Source: Raja brachyura
Taxonomy: Eukaryota
NCBI GenBank assembly: GCA_963514005.1
Contig: OY740791.1
Coordinates: 17,360,001-17,424,000, forward strand
Reading direction: 5' to 3'
DNA: 64,000 nt
Below are positions 58,746 to 64,000 of the stretch, piece after piece. The notes under the pieces were generated by a model that searched no databases, had not been told where the DNA came from, and worked only from the letters and a program-made list of their open reading frames with translations. Every line of letters starts with the position of its first letter. Within the stretch, counting starts at the first letter, position 1. A program made the translations under genes and the position numbers.

Positions 58746-59399
58746 TAATTGGGATTCATTTTCTGTTGGGTAACTTTGCATCTACTGCAGAGGAACTTCA
58801 AGCTACGTAACAAAGAAAGTTAAAGAGCCTCCCATTTCCAAATAAGTTCACTCACCCTGAAACCAATCCGACTTCACTGTCAACTTCCCTGTAAATTACA
58901 TCAATAACAGAACCACATGGACTTGGCACTGGGTGTTCTATGTTTAGAACACATACTTGTATCTCAGCCTCAATCGTGGTAGACCTAAACCATGCAACTC
59001 AGCTACAGGGGTGAACTGTGCTTGATCACTTAAACCTCATTGGACCTCAGTTTAATGTAGCACGTGGTCCAACATTTCTTACTGAAGATGATGTGGAATC
59101 CAGTGGGAATAATGCTGCAAATAACCCCATTTACTGATCAAACCCGTTTTAAGATCATAATTCTTATTCATCTGAGTGGGTCCCCTGTCTTCGAGATTAG
59201 AGACAAGAAAAACACAAGCACAATAATAACAAATTAAACAATAACAATCTAATAGAATACTAAGTGGACTAAAAAATTTCCTGGGGTGGAAATTATATAA
59301 CTAGATCAAAGCAGTACTGGAATCTTACTCAAAAAGTAGACTTTTGCTCATATATCTTCAAATAAATGTTTTCAGCTAACTCATTGTACAAATAACTAA

Positions 59400-59775
59400 G
59401 GAAGGAAGGAACTGCAGTTGCTGGTTTAAACCGAAGATAGACATAACATGCTGGAGTAACTGGAGAGAAGGAATGGGTGACATTTCGGGTCGAGACCCTT
59501 CTTCAGACAGGGAACAAGAGATGCAGATAGGAATGTAGAGTGATATAGAACAAGAAAGAAAGAAATGCAAAAAAGGATTTTAACAGGTCATTTTTAGCTG
59601 TTTGTTAGGTAACTAACTTTGCTGGTGCACTTGGGTGGGGGTGGGGGGAGAAAGGGGGAATGCAGGGGTTACTTGAAGTTAGATAAATCAATATACATAC
59701 CAGTGGGTTGTAACCTGCCCAAGTAAAATATGAGATGCTGTTCCTCCAATTTGCGTTTAGTCTCACTCTGACAAT
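59400..59775 (-). mobile_element. 5'-truncated Penelope-like retroelement (GIY-YIG C-terminus plus terminal repeat with hammerhead)
   Basis: 59669-59773 translates CQSETKRKLEEQHLIFYLGRLQPTGMYIDLSNFK*; hammerhead core at 59479-59506. Confidence 0.82.
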
Positions 59776-60549
59776 AACTAAAATTTGTTACTGATAAATG
59801 CTAGATATTACAGCTTCACCTGGACAGACAAATTTCAGGTTCAGATTTTGCCATCAGCAGTGTAACTGATTACTGGCCACAAAAAAATCTACCAGCAGCG
59901 TGGTCTGTTGGATCTCTGACCAGGCAATTATACATAAGAATTCAGAGGAAGCAAATCAGGAAGTAACAAGGTTTTACTTTTCATATTTTATAATACTGCC
60001 CAAACAAAAAAAAATTGGTGAATGAAATATAAAAACAAACCCAACCAAAATCCCCAAAGCATAATTAGAGATTTAATGCATTTGACATTCCATAATTATA
60101 GTTATAGTTCTTAAATAGGCCAACTAATGCAGAGATGGTAACATGGGACATTTCAAAAGTCTCAATCCAAGATCCCCATCGCATCACCAAATCACTACCC
60201 ACTAGGCTCCATAAATTGGCAGCAGTTATAAAATACGATATTATTGAATGCTGTTGCTTTACAAGTAGGAAATATGGGCCAGAACTATTCAACCTAACAT
60301 CCTTGTCAGTGTGAACTTCATGATACTCAGGTATTTGCAGTACTAACGTTTTTGGACAGTCCCTTTCATTAGATAATGAGTGAAATATTAAAACCGTAAT
60401 ATCAGTTTTACTTCCAATGGATATTTACCAGTTAACGTTTCACAAAACAGCAATAAGTAGGATCCGTAATTAACAACGCTTACGGACAAAGAAACAATAT
60501 TGATTTGCATTACTTCTATGTCCTAAAGCATTTCAGTATTATATCTCCT

Positions 60550-60690
60550 AGAAACAAGGAACTACAGATACTGGTTTATATCAAATATAGACACAAAGTG
60601 CTGGAGTATCTCAGTGGGCCAGTCAGCATCTCTGGAGAAAAAGTATGGGTGATGCTTTGGGTCAGGACTCTTTTCCAAACTCATTGAAGG
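60550..60690 (-). mobile_element. Degenerate Penelope-like terminal repeat
   Basis: ACACAAAGTGCTGGAGTATCTCAGTGGGCCAGTCAGCATCTCTGGAGAA.... Confidence 0.7.
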
Positions 60691-62068
60691 TGCCAAACAA
60701 TTAAAAAACTAGAAAAGAGGCTGCTGCATAAATATCCACTAAATCAGTGATGGGGGAAAAAAAGGTAACATACCAGATGTCTGAATCTTTGCCGTCACCT
60801 GCAGAGAAGACACCCAATATTACAGAATACAAAGCATCAAGTGACAATTGAGCTCCCTGTCCAGCAAAGGCTATGGATCCCAACAACTAGTCATGCCGTT
60901 GAAGAGATGCTTCCAATTTAGTTCTGTCATGGGGCAAAATGCTTCAGCGCTACAACACAGGCATCCACCCAACATGGAAAATGACAGAACTGTACCTTTT
61001 TCATGAAAAGTTGGAAACGTTCAGACAGCCAATAGCTGCTTCATTAATCTATTCTCAGATTAACAACAAAATGAAGAAGGCCTTCTACGGTGTTGTCCAA
61101 TAGAACCCGCCGAGATGACCGCAAATTGTAGACTTCATTACAGAGTTCTGTATTCACAGTATTAAGTGCATTGCAGATGCAAAACAAAAGCGTGGCTGCG
61201 CATAGAATGGCTCTTTGTGACACCAAGTGGTTCAAAATTGAAGTCAAGGAAAACAATAGGGAAAACCTCTCCAACTAGCACAATTAAAAATTGGTGTGGT
61301 TGTTGGTGGGCAATCGTATCATTCCCAGGGCTCCACGTCTTTAAAGTAGACCTAAACAATTTCAGCTGCAACAATATTTTATCTTCATGAGATCAGAAAT
61401 GTGTCCAGTGCCATTCAGTACCTCAAATAATAAAGTAATCCATGACCATATATGGTATGGCTTAAGTCAACTGAACCATCGTCCAATAAGAGGAGAGTCA
61501 TATTTGTATCACACAAATGTCAGAGAACACATCCAACTAGTGCCTAACCATCATTCTTTAATTTTCTAGAACATAAGCAGTTTTCTCCCTCCATAATCCT
61601 GGATTCCCCAATGACTAAAAATGTAACTGGACATGCTACAGAGAAACTGAATCTATGTGTGCAGAGCTTGGTGTTCTGTCTCTCACTTCCCAACAGTCCC
61701 AAGTCTCTCCAACATTTATTCACGGCACAATAGTGTGATGGGCTTCCATTTGTTCAAACCCAACTATCAATATTCATGGAGCTCCAAGTCATACAAAACA
61801 ATCTGCTTAATTGTTACCATTTCCACTGTTCCAAACAGTTGTTATGTTGACAAGTGGCATATTGTTTCAAAACACAACGAAAAATTATCAACAGAGTACA
61901 CCTTCAAAATATACAAACCTTAATCAACTAGGAACGAACACACCCTTCTACAGCTGCACTGCCACCTACAAGTTCACTTCGTTACATACAATGCTGACTT
62001 CCAAATACTCAACTGACACCCAACCTTGTCCTGGAGCATTTGCAAATACAACTTCAAACACTCGACAG

Positions 62069-62356
62069 CAGGGGCCTCCAAACGTTTCAGCACGAGGGCC
62101 ACATTATATATTTGGCACATTTTTGCAGGCCTTACACACACACACACCCCGGGGCCACCGCCGCTGCTGATCTTCACCATCTCCCCGGGGCCATCGACGT
62201 TAACCTGTCAGCAACTGCACACAAACCCTCACCTTGATAGCCTATGGCAAACTGATGTGTTACACAGAACCCGCTAAATAGCCCAGCGCACAGAACGTGT
62301 TAAGAGCTTGCTGTGGGCCGGATAAAATCTCATGGCCGGATGTTCGGAGACCACTG
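62069..62356. mobile_element. hAT (Charlie-like) MITE
   Basis: TIRs CAGGGGCCTCCAAAC / GTTCGGAGACCACTG; 8-bp TSD CTCGACAG / CTCTACAG. Confidence 0.82.
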
Positions 62357-62465
62357 CTCTACAGCAAGACAGTAAGTAACTAAGTGCTAGAGTATTTTAC
62401 TATTCAGGTGCTGACAAGGGGTGTATTCAACTTAAATGTATTTGCACGTAACTACTTGGATGAGA

Positions 62466-62625
62466 NNNNNNNNNNNNNNNNNNNNNNNNNNNNNNNNNNN
62501 NNNNNNNNNNNNNNNNNNNNNNNNNNNNNNNNNNNNNNNNNNNNNNNNNNNNNNNNNNNNNNNNNNNNNNNNNNNNNNNNNNNNNNNNNNNNNNNNNNNN
62601 NNNNNNNNNNNNNNNNNNNNNNNNN
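62466..62625. other. Assembly gap (N run)
   Basis: Run of N. Confidence 1.
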
Positions 62626-62934
62626 AGGGAATCAAGAATCAACAGGTGATCGTATATAAAATCAAGCTAGACCTTAACAGGTAGCACCTGCGTGGGCTCT
62701 TTTTCAGCAAGAGCACAAACCAAGGAAACTGCTCACAAGTATACGCTATAATTTACAGCAGACCATGCTCATCTGGCATTGGAATTAATTCAGTGCAAAC
62801 AAATGCATTGGGCAACACCTCACTCAATGAGCCAACATCACTAACTGCAAACTGAACTACCAGATTCATTTCCATGAAAATGTCACCAAGATCCATATTC
62901 CTGAATCACCCCCAAAAAATCCTTCTATTTATAC

Positions 62935-63160
62935 CTACTGTACCTTCATATTTATGTGCCTATCTACAAGCCTCTTAAGTACCACTATATCTGCTTCCAG
63001 CACCAAGCCTGACACTGTGCGCCTGCCACCGACCACTCTGTATAAGAAAAATGCCCCGCACATCTCCTTTAAACTTTTCCCTCCTTCTGCCATCTCGTAT
63101 TTAACTTTTCCACTGAGAAAAAAGACTGATTGTCGCCACTTTCTATGCCTCTCATCACCT
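62935..63160 (-). mobile_element. Degenerate CR1 LINE 3' fragment
   Basis: ORF 62935..63273 includes GAFFLYRVVG...VLEADIVVLKRLVDRHIN, like the CR1 C-terminus. Confidence 0.65.
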
Positions 63161-64000
63161 CTTGCTCGCGATTCCTCAACAGAGCTCCAGCATTCTAGAT
63201 GGCAACTAGGAATACCCTTCCGACCATCACCATTAAGATCTAGCACAAGAACAAGTATCACAAGTATATCCATTTCGATGGGGAAGTACGTCAGAAAAAG
63301 TTTAAATAAATAATATGCACAAGGTAATTTATACCCTTAAAGTAATTGAATTTACTCTAGTGCTTTCAGCGGCATAACATTTGCCAAATCTTTCTTAATT
63401 GTGTAACATGTGAACTTTTACATTAAAAGCACAGAAAACGTGAGATAAGAGAAGTATATGATACAAATGATTGCTTCATGAATATAATCTCTGGACATTT
63501 GAAATAAAATCAAATTGCAGGGGACACTCAGCAGATCTGGCAGCATCTGTGGAAAGTAGTATTTCTAGTCAATGAAGGCTCAGATTTAAGAGATGGCCAA
63601 GCCTGGGGGAACATTGTCAAGGATATCTTCAGGAGGAGGATTTCTCCTAATCAAAGCACATGATACAGCTCCTTACATACTTAACTTGCTGGTAAGCAAC
63701 AAGAAAAAAGCCTGTGCTTAATTAATTCCAACCTACCGGCAACATAAAACACAGATAAATGGCTATGCAGAATGCTGTTCTCAAAATTAATTGAGAACAG
63801 CATTCGCTCATTAATTTGATCACAAAATAGCCAGTCTGAAGATATGTGATCATTTATTAAAAATACTGAACTTGTTTTATATAGTAGTTACACGAAGCTT
63901 GGTCACAGAATTTAAATCTAAGCGCAGTCCTGAACAATGTCAGTACCATCAGAATACAAAAAATAATTGCCAAATGATCACTTATGTGAATTCTACCAAG

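Noticed and set aside
51897-64000. ANKHD1 first exons or promoter CpG island
   Set aside because: No match to the expected upstream exon peptide; the GC-rich block at 54-56 kb is a transposon.

Overview
Vertebrate genomic DNA. The repeat content (HER1/HE1-type CR1 LINE tails, V-SINEs, Penelope-like elements) points to a cartilaginous fish, probably a skate or ray; this is an inference. The whole window lies inside one minus-strand gene, ANKHD1 (MASK1). I traced 26 coding exons by hand (51896 down to 660, 4765 nt). Their splice phases give one continuous frame covering both ankyrin clusters, the Q-rich/coiled-coil linker, the Lys-rich NLS and the start of the KH domain. The first exons and the 3' exons lie outside the window. 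The introns hold many transposon fragments: CR1/HER1, Rex1-like, Penelope-like, tRNA-SINE, a full-length dead Tc1, Harbinger and hAT MITEs, and two Helitron-like elements with G/C-rich minisatellites. Those minisatellites create all the long spurious ORFs. Most worth follow-up: (1) about a dozen dispersed Penelope terminal repeats with minimal hammerhead ribozyme cores, several in the sense of the pre-mRNA; (2) candidate unannotated alternative or poison exons and RNA structures around the 741-nt symmetric exon; (3) non-standard splice signals (GC-AG intron, TACTAAC acceptor without a pyrimidine tract, NAGNAG); (4) Helitron-borne minisatellites, one of them an array of WT1/EGR-type sites. Family assignments come from recalled consensus sequences, not database searches.
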